64,000 bases of DNA from an uncultured delta proteobacterium (lineage in GTDB: Bacteria > Myxococcota_A > Polyangia > Polyangiales > Houyiibacteriaceae). Positions 47,964-56,518 of this stretch are shown piece by piece (positions within the stretch are counted from its first letter, which is position 1; every line of letters begins with the position of its first letter). Location of the stretch: contig CAWFPD010000010.1 in NCBI GenBank assembly GCA_963817725.1, forward strand, positions 413,104-477,103, written 5' to 3'. Under the pieces are notes generated by a model. The model had not been told where the DNA came from. It searched no databases and was given only the letters and a program-made list of their open reading frames with translations. A program made the position numbers and the translations under genes.

Positions 47964-49127
47964 CTAAGGAACCATTCTGAGAATCAGCGTACCGGCGACC
48001 ATGAAGGCGAACACCGCCACGGCCGCCAACTGGGAAGCACGCTTGCTGAAGGAAGATTTCACGGCGGACGCTGCGCGAAACGACGTGGAGTTACCGTCGA
48101 GCTCGAGGGGCTCCGCGCTCGCGGGGATGCTTTGGCAAAGGAGGGCGACGCCTCGCCCGACGTCCCTGTCCGACAGGGCCTCGTGCGTGCGCATGTGGAC
48201 CTTGCCCGTTTTCACGTGTGCCATGCAGGAACCGCAAAAACCGGATTGGCACGAGTGAGCCGGGTTCAGACCGGCGACCTGGGCGCACTCGAGCAGCGTC
48301 TTTCCCTCGATGTACGGTACGGTGCGAGAGCGCCCGCCGAGCCAGAGGCTGAAGGCTGGGGGCGAATCAAACGAAGGGAAGCCTGATCGAGCGTCTTGGA
48401 GCCGATCCGGGTCGACCGGGGAAACGAAGCGCTCGACGTGAATGAGCTCTTCATGCGCGCCGGCGTCGATGAGGACGGCCTCGATGAGGTTCATGAACGG
48501 CTCTGGCCCGCACAAGTAGAACTCGGCGACTTCCGTGTCGTGCAACAAGGCGCGCACGTCTCGGGCCGAGAGCTGGCCCCGGTCGGAATCTAGATGATGT
48601 TGAAGGACGACTCTGCCTGGATGCGCCGCCACGATACGGACGAGCTGCTCCGCGTAGATGACCGATGCCCGATCGCGATTCGCGTAAAGCATGGTGATGG
48701 GGCGTTTGGTCGTGGCGAGCGCGCTCTTGAGCAAAGAAATGATTGGCGTGATCCCACTGCCACCAGCGAACAGGAAAAGCGGCGTGCTCGAGCGCGTCTC
48801 GGGATCCAGAACGAAACGGCCCTCGGGAACGCTTGCGCAAATCGAGTCACCGGCTTTGAGCTGGTCGTTCATCCAATTGGATGCGCGGCCCCCTTCTACC
48901 CTTTTTACGGCAATTTCCAGCGGCTCGCCGAGTTCGACACAGCTCGAAAGGGAATAGCAACGGCTGATCTGCCAGCTTTCCCAGGGGAGCCTCAAAGTCA
49001 GGTGCTGGCCCGCACGGTATTGAAACTCGGCCTCGAGCCGTTTTGGAACCGACAGTCGAAAGGAGCTGCAGTCCGCCGTCTCGCGGGTAACTGCCGATAT
49101 CGTCAAGGTGTGGAGCGGGACTTCCAT
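47964..49127 (-). CDS. FNR-type FAD/NAD(P)H reductase fused to a plant-type [2Fe-2S] ferredoxin, with a C-terminal membrane anchor
   Basis: The start MEVPLHTL overlaps the TetR stop. It has the RCYSLSS (FAD) and GGSGITP (NAD) motifs and the cluster ligands CQSGFCGSC…C. The last ~25 aa are hydrophobic (LAAVAVFAFMVAGTLILRMV). Confidence 0.8.
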   Translation of the reverse strand: MEVPLHTLTISAVTRETADCSSFRLSVPKRLEAEFQYRAGQHLTLRLPWESWQISRCYSLSSCVELGEPLEIAVKRVEGGRASNWMNDQLKAGDSICASVPEGRFVLDPETRSSTPLFLFAGGSGITPIISLLKSALATTKRPITMLYANRDRASVIYAEQLVRIVAAHPGRVVLQHHLDSDRGQLSARDVRALLHDTEVAEFYLCGPEPFMNLIEAVLIDAGAHEELIHVERFVSPVDPDRLQDARSGFPSFDSPPAFSLWLGGRSRTVPYIEGKTLLECAQVAGLNPAHSCQSGFCGSCMAHVKTGKVHMRTHEALSDRDVGRGVALLCQSIPASAEPLELDGNSTSFRAASAVKSSFSKRASQLAAVAVFAFMVAGTLILRMVP

Positions 49128-49807
49128 CAAGTCTCCGAAAGTCCGGCGAGTTGCAAAGCGGTGGCGAGGCGCTCCGGCCGACAGTCGCTCCGAAGCAAAT
49201 GCCGGATGGCGGCATCCACGACGCGGTCCGGCGGCTCTTTGGCGCCCCGATTCATCCACAGCGCGAGCCTGACTTGCTGGGTGGCGATGGCCATTCGCGC
49301 CATCAGCTCCGGATCCTCATCGATGAAGGTTCCTTCTCGAATTCCTCTCCGAAACAAGTCGGCAAACAATGCAAGGCCGGCACCCAACGCCTCGACCTGC
49401 TCGGGGCTGCGCAAGAGCTCGACGGTCGACCATGCCGTCACCTCCTTGAGCTGCATCCGGGTGAAGTCATGGCGGTGCATGAAGAATCGGAGCTGCGCGC
49501 GTGTTCCCGCCACCAACTGTTCCAGCACCGGCATGTCCTCTTGGATCACGCCCTGCACGAGCCCCATCACTTCGGCGAGCCGGCGTCGGTGCACTGCGCG
49601 GTAGATTTCCCATTTCGACTCGAGCACTCCGTAGAGAGTCGTCAGAGAGACCCCCGCTTCAGCCGCAATCCGCTGCACCCTCGTGGCTTCGTAGCCGTCG
49701 TCCCCGAAGACTCGCTCCGCGGCGTCGAGAATGGCTTCTCGGTAGAGCTCTCGCTTTTTGTCCCTGAGATTTTGCTGCGGGCTTGCTGGAGCGACGGAGG
49801 CCGGCAT
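49127..49807 (-). CDS. TetR/AcrR family transcriptional regulator
   Basis: 226 aa. The HTH region is REAILDAAERVFGDDGYEATRVQRIAAEAGVSLTTLYGVLESK. Confidence 0.85.
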   Translation of the reverse strand: MPASVAPASPQQNLRDKKRELYREAILDAAERVFGDDGYEATRVQRIAAEAGVSLTTLYGVLESKWEIYRAVHRRRLAEVMGLVQGVIQEDMPVLEQLVAGTRAQLRFFMHRHDFTRMQLKEVTAWSTVELLRSPEQVEALGAGLALFADLFRRGIREGTFIDEDPELMARMAIATQQVRLALWMNRGAKEPPDRVVDAAIRHLLRSDCRPERLATALQLAGLSET

Positions 49808-49814
49808 CGTCAGA

Positions 49815-49847
49815 ATGCTAGTGTGGAAAAGCAGAATGTCAATTCTG
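49815..49847 (-). promoter_or_regulatory. Candidate promoter plus palindromic operator of the TetR-reductase-oxygenase-3betaHSD operon
   Basis: The minus strand reads CAGAAT-TGAC-ATTCTG (inverted repeat) containing TTGACA, then a 16-nt spacer, TAGCAT, and 7 nt to the ATG at 49807. A further CAGAATG half-site lies at 49811. Confidence 0.4.
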
Positions 49848-49874
49848 GCAGGGCCATCGGCATTGGCCTGGGCC

Positions 49875-51098
49875 TCACAGGCGGTCGTGCCCGGGAATGT
49901 CGGGAAGCTTGATGACTGACATTTGCGGCATGAGGTCCTCCTCGGCGAGGAGGGTTCGGAGCACCACCTGGCCCCGTCGATGCCCTTGTGTGCAGATCCA
50001 ATTCTTCACGCCCGGGTCCTGACGGCTCGCGTAGATCCGGAATGCGCCGTCCTCATCGAAGACGACCTGGCGATTATTCAGAGCGACCGGATGATGGCGA
50101 TAGTCGCCCGCGCGAAGGTAGTGATCGAAGATCTGACACGACCAATACCGGCAGGGCACGTCCTTGCCTTCGACCAAAATGGCTTCGTCGTCGGCGAGCT
50201 TGAAGGAGACGCCTGCGTATCCGATGCCTGGGCCCGGCAAGTTGTTGGCGACCACCTTCGGATCGACCATCTCGAAAACCTCATCCGGGCTGTATTGGTC
50301 GTGTCTTTCTTCGTCGACCACCAATGCCCCGTCCTCACCGATTCGGGTCGGGGTAGCGTGGGCGTCACCCTCGTGTTCGATGTTGCTCATGCCGACAATG
50401 GCGGATACGCCCAAGCCCGCGTCGACGGTGTCGTGAACAAACTCGATGATGCGGTCGAGACCTTCGCCGAGGTCGGCCTCCGTGTATTGCTCTGGGGGCG
50501 GTATGCTCTGGGCGCAATCGATGGTCATGGTGGCAGCCTCGTATCTACCCTTGTCGACCTCGATCACGCACTCGGGAAAATACTGCCGCGTCATGACGAA
50601 TGGCCGATTGCCCTTGAGCTCCAGCCAATTCCGGGCTCCTTGGGGACGCTTTGCGCTGATGTGAATCGTTGCGACCTCCTGACCGCCGTCCTCCTCGAAT
50701 GCGATGTCCTTGTCGATGAGGAAGCTCGCCATGAAACGCATGCCTTCCTCGTCGCTGGCATAGACGACGATGGAGAAAAAAATGTCCTCTCCGCGCCGAA
50801 GCGACAAGACGTAGTCTAGCTGCTCATCGAGCTTGGCTTCGTGGTAAAGGGTGTCGGGTCCGTCACCGACGAAGCTCCGAATCGGAGTGAACATACGAGC
50901 GAGCACGGGATGCGCCCTATCGGCCTCCATTTCCAGCTCGTAGCCGCCCGCGATCAACGATGCGAGGTAACGGAAGCCATCTGCCCTCTCACGCGCGCTT
51001 CGTGCGCCGAGCGGGCCCACGATCTTCTGGCCGACCTCCTTGAGGCCATCGGCAAAGCGATTCCATGCGGCTTGGCTCGATGTGATTTCGTCAGGCAT
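49875..51098 (-). CDS. DUF1214-like protein of unknown function
   Basis: 407 aa. The N-terminal pattern RERADGFRYLASLIAGGYELEMEADRAHP… is what I recall for DUF1214-containing proteins. Its start overlaps the upstream SDR gene by 8 nt. Confidence 0.45.
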   Translation of the reverse strand: MPDEITSSQAAWNRFADGLKEVGQKIVGPLGARSARERADGFRYLASLIAGGYELEMEADRAHPVLARMFTPIRSFVGDGPDTLYHEAKLDEQLDYVLSLRRGEDIFFSIVVYASDEEGMRFMASFLIDKDIAFEEDGGQEVATIHISAKRPQGARNWLELKGNRPFVMTRQYFPECVIEVDKGRYEAATMTIDCAQSIPPPEQYTEADLGEGLDRIIEFVHDTVDAGLGVSAIVGMSNIEHEGDAHATPTRIGEDGALVVDEERHDQYSPDEVFEMVDPKVVANNLPGPGIGYAGVSFKLADDEAILVEGKDVPCRYWSCQIFDHYLRAGDYRHHPVALNNRQVVFDEDGAFRIYASRQDPGVKNWICTQGHRRGQVVLRTLLAEEDLMPQMSVIKLPDIPGHDRL

Positions 51099-51963
51099 CT
51101 TTCGGTCCCCATCTGTACATCTTCTGAAGGATTCGCTCGGCCATACGATTGGGCATCAGCGCGAACATTCGAGCCGCTGTGCCTGCCGACCTTGGGGCGA
51201 AGTATCGAGCTTTCGGTTCGCGCGACGATGCGATTCGCACGATCAAGGCCCCCACTTCCTCTGGCGTGATGGCGCTCTCCAACTGTTGTTGGGCGAACGC
51301 ATCGAGGTGATCCATCAGCTCGCGGTATGGATTGCTTTGATCGTGACGCAGGTGCAGTCCGGCTTCTCTGCTCTTGTCGAACGCAGGCGTATCGACGAAA
51401 CCAGGAACGACGACGCTGAGCTGAATGTTCCAAGGTGCGAGCTCGAGACGCATGCAAGCGTTCATGGCTTCCATCCCTCCTTTCGTGGCCGCATAGGACG
51501 AAGCAAACGGGGCACCCACGTAGCGGCTGAGGGAGCTGATGTTGATCACGCGGCCCCCGCCTTGGGCTCTCATGATCGGAGTGAGCTCCCCGATCAGTTG
51601 CATGGCTGAGAGCAGATTGACGTCGAACACGTGCCGGAGCGCTTTCCGATCGAGTTGCTCGAGCGCATAGGGCGGACCATAGCCCGCATTGTTGACGAGC
51701 AGATCGACTCGGCCGAACCTAGCCAGGGCTTTCCGGACCAAAGCCGAGGTCTGGTCCGCGTCGCTCAAGTCTGTGGGCACGCTCAGGGCGCTGCCTCCTT
51801 TGCTTTCGATTTCAGCGACGATTTCGTCGAGGCGATCCTTGCGCCTGGCCGCAAGCGCGACCGAGAAACCCGCTTCTGCCAAACAGCGAGCGGTCGCCTC
51901 CCCGATGCCAGACGACGCTCCAGTCACGATCGCGGCCTTGATTGGTTGCTCTTGCGCGTTCAT
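51091..51963 (-). CDS. Short-chain dehydrogenase/reductase (SDR)
   Basis: 290 aa with VTGASSGIG, NNAG and YAATKGG. Confidence 0.85.
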   Translation of the reverse strand: MNAQEQPIKAAIVTGASSGIGEATARCLAEAGFSVALAARRKDRLDEIVAEIESKGGSALSVPTDLSDADQTSALVRKALARFGRVDLLVNNAGYGPPYALEQLDRKALRHVFDVNLLSAMQLIGELTPIMRAQGGGRVINISSLSRYVGAPFASSYAATKGGMEAMNACMRLELAPWNIQLSVVVPGFVDTPAFDKSREAGLHLRHDQSNPYRELMDHLDAFAQQQLESAITPEEVGALIVRIASSREPKARYFAPRSAGTAARMFALMPNRMAERILQKMYRWGPKDA

Positions 51964-51985
51964 GCGGCTCTAGGTTTTGCGGGCT

Positions 51986-53257
51986 ATGAGGTCCCGTGCT
52001 ACCCGACGCAACCCGTTGGCCATGGCCGCACCCCCGCCACACCGTCCTCGCCTCGTCCGATGGCTCAACCGATTGGGACCCGTGGTCGCATCTCGCTGGC
52101 CGTCCCTCGACCCGGACGACATCATCCGTACCGCAGCGCGAAGGGCCAAGTCCGACGAGCTCGGCGATCATGGCTTCATGGAGAGGCTTCCCGTCTTGGC
52201 GGAAGCGGTGGAGCGCGAGGCGAATCTTCATTGGATCGGCCGGTTGGCGGTGCGTGAGTCGTTGGTGACCGGGTTGGAAAGCCGGTTTTCCGTCTATCGC
52301 CGTCGCGCGCTCGAGCCCGAGCTCGCGGATGTGCCGATCGAAAAGCCCCTCTTCATCGTGGGCTTCCCACGGACGGGAACGACGATCCTCTTCAATTTGC
52401 TGGCGCAGGATCCGGCCAATCGGGCGCCTCTCGGATGGGAAGTTCAGTTTCCCGACCCTCCACCCGAGCCCGAAGCCTATTCGAGCGACCCCAGAATCGA
52501 ACGCGCTCGCAAATATTTCGGCCAGATGGATACGATGGCGCCCACGCTTGCTTCGATCCACGAGGTGGGCGCCGAGCTTGCTCAGGAGTGCATGCCGATC
52601 ATGGCGCATACGCTCCTGAGCCCGCAGCCAAGCATTGCGTACAACATTCCCGGCTATCAGGACTGGGTCGACCTTCAAGACGCGGCCCCCGCCTACATCT
52701 ATCACCGCCACTTCCTCGAGCATCTACAGAGCCGGTACATGAAAGAGCGCTGGGTGCTCAAGAGCCCAGTGCATTTGGCAACGCTCGACGCGTTGCTCCG
52801 TGAGTATCCGGACGCCAGGCTGATCTTCACGCATCGAGATCCGGTCAAAACGATTCCATCTCTCGCGAGCTTGGTCTATACGGTGCGCGGCATCGTGAGC
52901 GATTCCGTCGATCCGAGACGGATCGGCCCGGAGCAATTCGAGTGGTGGGCCAAGGCGCTCGATCACGCCATGCAGGTGCGTGCAAGACATCCCGACAAGG
53001 CGGACCATTTCATGGACATTCATTTCGAGGAGGTGATCGCCGATCCCATCGCAGCCCTTCGCCGCGCCTATGACCACTTTCAGATGCCGTGGTCGCAGGA
53101 GGCCGAGGATCGAATGCGTGCCTTCTTGGCGGCGAACCCGCGAGACAAGCACGGTGCGCACCGGTACGCCCTCGAGGACTTCGGCCTCGAGCTCGGCGCG
53201 ATCCGCGAGCGATTCGCCGACTACTGCAAGCGTTTCGACGTCCCCTTGGCGCTCTGA
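51986..53257 (+). CDS. Sulfotransferase family protein (Sulfotransfer_3 / mycobacterial Stf-like)
   Basis: It has the PAPS-binding loop PLFIVGFPRTGTTILFNLLAQDP, preceded by the family-typical N-terminal helical region (…LAEAVEREANLHWIGRLAVRESL…). The start is uncertain (TTG 51977, ATG 51986 or 52022). Confidence 0.75.
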   Translation: MRSRATRRNPLAMAAPPPHRPRLVRWLNRLGPVVASRWPSLDPDDIIRTAARRAKSDELGDHGFMERLPVLAEAVEREANLHWIGRLAVRESLVTGLESRFSVYRRRALEPELADVPIEKPLFIVGFPRTGTTILFNLLAQDPANRAPLGWEVQFPDPPPEPEAYSSDPRIERARKYFGQMDTMAPTLASIHEVGAELAQECMPIMAHTLLSPQPSIAYNIPGYQDWVDLQDAAPAYIYHRHFLEHLQSRYMKERWVLKSPVHLATLDALLREYPDARLIFTHRDPVKTIPSLASLVYTVRGIVSDSVDPRRIGPEQFEWWAKALDHAMQVRARHPDKADHFMDIHFEEVIADPIAALRRAYDHFQMPWSQEAEDRMRAFLAANPRDKHGAHRYALEDFGLELGAIRERFADYCKRFDVPLAL

Positions 53258-53323
53258 CTGGTTCCTGTAAGTCGCCGAATCCATTGACAGCTCTTGGCCG
53301 GAAGGCTAGGAACGAAAAACAGA

Positions 53324-54916
53324 ATGACTATTCCGAATCAGGTCGAGCACGGCGCGCATCATGCTGGCGACCGCACGCACATCGAGTGCATCGACCCGGC
53401 GACCCGAGAACGCCTCGGCCTGGTCCGGGTCGACACGGCCGGGGATGTCGAGGCCGCAGTCGCACGTGCCCAAGCCGCCCAGAAACAGTGGCGCAAGACC
53501 TCGTTCGAAGAGCGTCGCGAGGTGCTCCGCAAGCTCATGGCCTACACGGTCGAGCACAAAGACGAAATCTGTCTCACCATCCAGCGAGATTCGGGCAAGA
53601 CGCGGGAGAACGCCCTGCTCGGCGAGATCTGGACGACCTGCGAGAAGTTTCGCTGGATCATCAAGAATGGGGAGAGGCACCTTCGCCCAGAGCGGGTGTC
53701 CTCCGGGCTCCTCGTCCACAAGAAGGCGCGGTTGGAGTTCCATCCCCTGGGTGTCGTGGCCGCGATCATTCCCTGGAACTACCCGTTCCAGAACATGGTC
53801 AATCCGATCATTCCGGCGTTGATGACTGGCAACGCGATCGTAATCAAGCCTTCCGAATGGGTCGCATGGTCTAGCCAGCGGTTCGTGGACGCGTTTCGAG
53901 GTGTCATCGCCGACTCAGGACACGACCCCGATTTGATCCAGGTCGTGCAGGGATACGGGGCCACGGGCGCGTCGCTCGTGCGCTCCCCAGTGGACATGAT
54001 CTTGTTCATAGGCTCGGTAAAAAACGGCCGGCGCGTAATCGAAGGCAGCGCCGAGCGCGTCACGCCAGTGGTGATGGAGCTTGGCGGCAAGGACGCCTTC
54101 ATCGTTTGCGACGATGCAGACCTCGAACAGGCGCTCCACGCCGCGCTCGCCGGGTGCTACGTGAATTGTGGACAGAATTGTGTCGCCTCGGAGCGTATTC
54201 TCGTTCACGACAGCATCTACGACGAGTTCGAGCGTCGAGCCGCTACGCTGGTGACCGGGCTTCGGCAAGGCAACGGCAGGGAAGCTCTAGTCGACGTCGG
54301 AGCCATCATCACTCCACTCCAGCTCGACGTCATCGACGACGCGGTGCGAGGGGCAATTGCGCAAGGCGCTCGTCTGGTGGCTGGCGGAAAGCGGACGCGG
54401 ACCGACCAGGGTGACTACTTCGAGCCCACCATCTTGGCCGACGTGACGCCCGAGATGGACATTGCCCAAGAGGAAGTATTCGGACCGGTCATGCTTCTCA
54501 TGCGCTTCGGGGACGACTCCCAGGCGGTCGAGATTGCCAACAGCGTATCCTATGGGCTTTCATCCTCGGTCTTTTCGAAGGATCGTCGTCGAGCGCGCAA
54601 GATTGCCGAGGAGCTCGAAACGGGAATGTCGGCGATCAACGAATTCGGAGGCATCACCTACATGGCCCAAGACCTCACGTTTGGTGGCGTCAAAGCATCG
54701 GGCTACGGCAGGATGAACGGACGCGAGGGTTTGCGCTCGATGTGCAACATCAAGGCGGTCATCGACGATCGAATTCCCATCCATCGCGCAAACGAGATGT
54801 ATCCCGTGGGTCCGGCCCTCTATTCGACCTTCAGCGGTGTGATCGACCTGGTCTACGGAAGAAGCTTCAAACGCCGCTGGCAGGGGCTGATGAAGCTGCT
54901 GCGACGAAAGCCGTAG
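53324..54916 (+). CDS. NAD(P)+-dependent aldehyde dehydrogenase
   Basis: It has ALDH motifs: WNYPF, the catalytic VMELGGKDA glutamate region, a NCGQNCVASER cysteine region, and EEVFGPV. Confidence 0.88.
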   Translation: MTIPNQVEHGAHHAGDRTHIECIDPATRERLGLVRVDTAGDVEAAVARAQAAQKQWRKTSFEERREVLRKLMAYTVEHKDEICLTIQRDSGKTRENALLGEIWTTCEKFRWIIKNGERHLRPERVSSGLLVHKKARLEFHPLGVVAAIIPWNYPFQNMVNPIIPALMTGNAIVIKPSEWVAWSSQRFVDAFRGVIADSGHDPDLIQVVQGYGATGASLVRSPVDMILFIGSVKNGRRVIEGSAERVTPVVMELGGKDAFIVCDDADLEQALHAALAGCYVNCGQNCVASERILVHDSIYDEFERRAATLVTGLRQGNGREALVDVGAIITPLQLDVIDDAVRGAIAQGARLVAGGKRTRTDQGDYFEPTILADVTPEMDIAQEEVFGPVMLLMRFGDDSQAVEIANSVSYGLSSSVFSKDRRRARKIAEELETGMSAINEFGGITYMAQDLTFGGVKASGYGRMNGREGLRSMCNIKAVIDDRIPIHRANEMYPVGPALYSTFSGVIDLVYGRSFKRRWQGLMKLLRRKP

Positions 54917-56509
54917 ATGCAGCACTACGAGTACATCGTGGTCGGCGGTGGTTCGGCCGGTTGCATCGTGGCAGCAGAGCTTGCCAAAGACGGTGTAACA
55001 CGCGTGCTACTGCTCGAGAGCGGACCTGCCGCGGAGGATCACCCCGAGACGCTCGTTGCGCACGGGTACAAAGAGGCGTTCGTCAACGACGCGGTGATGG
55101 GCGAGCGTTTCTCCGTACCTCAGGAGCATGCCGGAAGACAACGGGTCTTTGCCGGGACGGGAACCGTCATGGGCGGAAGCGGTTCGGTCAACGGCATGGT
55201 CTACACGCGGGGTGCGCGGCAAGACTACGCCGAGTGGCCAGTCGGATGGCATTGGGATGACGTCGTCCCCGATTTCGAGGCAATCGAGCGACGGATCAGG
55301 CCCCACCGCCGTGCTCCGACGCAATGGACCGAAGCATGTATCGCCGCCGCGCAGGCGCACGGCTTCGACCTCAAAAAGGATCTCAACGATGGCGATATGA
55401 GCAACGTCATCGGATACGAATGGATGTCTTACGAGGAAGAGACGCGGCGCAGCTCGTACGTTGCCTTCATCAAAGATCCGGGTGAGCGCCCGAATCTCAC
55501 GGTGCTCCCGCAGGCTCGCGTCGATCGGATCGTCTTCACGGTCGATGCAAGAGCAAGAGCAGTGGAGTTCGAGCACCGAGGAGCGCTCGAGCGCGCGGAG
55601 GCAGCCCGGGAGATCGTTCTTTGCGCAGGCGCGCTTGAGACTCCGAAGCTCTTGATGCTCTCCGGAATTGGCCCGGCAGCGCACTTGCGCTCATTCGGCA
55701 TACCGGTCGTCGCCGATCGGCCGAGTGTCGGGGCCGGGCTCCACGATCATCCGAACGTGCCCATCTTCTTCAAGACGCGCCGGGACATCGACTGCTTCTA
55801 TCCTCAGCTCTACAGCTTTTTCCGCACGAATCCCGCCTCCGGCCTGCCTCCTTCGCAAAGTGATACCTGCTACGTCTACTGGCCGGCTCCATCCGCCATG
55901 CGTCAAATGATGCAGCGCATGCTTCCACCAAAGCTCATCCCGCATCGGTTGTACGGTCCTCGCTCGCGGGCGTGGACCCGCTCCATCATCGGCGGAGCAT
56001 TCAAGATCGGTGCGCTGCAGCGGTTCACCGACCACATGTTCGGCATCATCTTGATTCTTGGAAAGCCGAAGAGCCGAGGCACTCTTCGCCTCCAGTCGAC
56101 CGATGTGAACGAGCAGGCTCTAATCGATCCCGCCTACTACTCGGACCCGCAAGACATGGACACCATGGTGCGAGGTGTGCGCATAGCCCGCGGGATTGGC
56201 GGTGCTAGCGGTCTGTCAGCCTGGCGCCCCAAGGAGCTCATGCCAGGGCCCCGCGTTCAGAGCGACGACGCGGTCAGGCGGTACGTCCGCAAGAACACGA
56301 TCACCACCTATCATTTCGCGGGAACCTGTCGCATGGGAGAAAGCGAGCCCGATGCAGTCGATCCCCAACTTCGCCTGCGCGGAGTGCGGGGGCTCAGAAT
56401 CGCGGATGCCTCGGTGATTCCCTGGACACCCGTCTCTGCCCTCAACGCGCCGAGCATGCTGATCGGCTACCGCGCAGCTCGACTGATCGAGGCGGAATCC
56501 GGCCGGTAA
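54917..56509 (+). CDS. GMC family FAD-dependent oxidoreductase
   Basis: 530 aa with N-terminal YEYIVVGGGSAGCIVAAELA, GGSGSVNGMVY and the C-terminal HFAGTCRMG…RIADASVIP. It starts immediately after the ALDH stop. Confidence 0.88.
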   Translation: MQHYEYIVVGGGSAGCIVAAELAKDGVTRVLLLESGPAAEDHPETLVAHGYKEAFVNDAVMGERFSVPQEHAGRQRVFAGTGTVMGGSGSVNGMVYTRGARQDYAEWPVGWHWDDVVPDFEAIERRIRPHRRAPTQWTEACIAAAQAHGFDLKKDLNDGDMSNVIGYEWMSYEEETRRSSYVAFIKDPGERPNLTVLPQARVDRIVFTVDARARAVEFEHRGALERAEAAREIVLCAGALETPKLLMLSGIGPAAHLRSFGIPVVADRPSVGAGLHDHPNVPIFFKTRRDIDCFYPQLYSFFRTNPASGLPPSQSDTCYVYWPAPSAMRQMMQRMLPPKLIPHRLYGPRSRAWTRSIIGGAFKIGALQRFTDHMFGIILILGKPKSRGTLRLQSTDVNEQALIDPAYYSDPQDMDTMVRGVRIARGIGGASGLSAWRPKELMPGPRVQSDDAVRRYVRKNTITTYHFAGTCRMGESEPDAVDPQLRLRGVRGLRIADASVIPWTPVSALNAPSMLIGYRAARLIEAESGR

Positions 56510-56518
56510 CCACCGTCT

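Noticed and set aside
53284-53312. TTGACA-N17-TAGGAA upstream of the ALDH gene as an internal promoter
   Set aside because: The -10 match is weak (3 of 6), and the gene may simply be co-transcribed with the sulfotransferase. It is mentioned only in passing.
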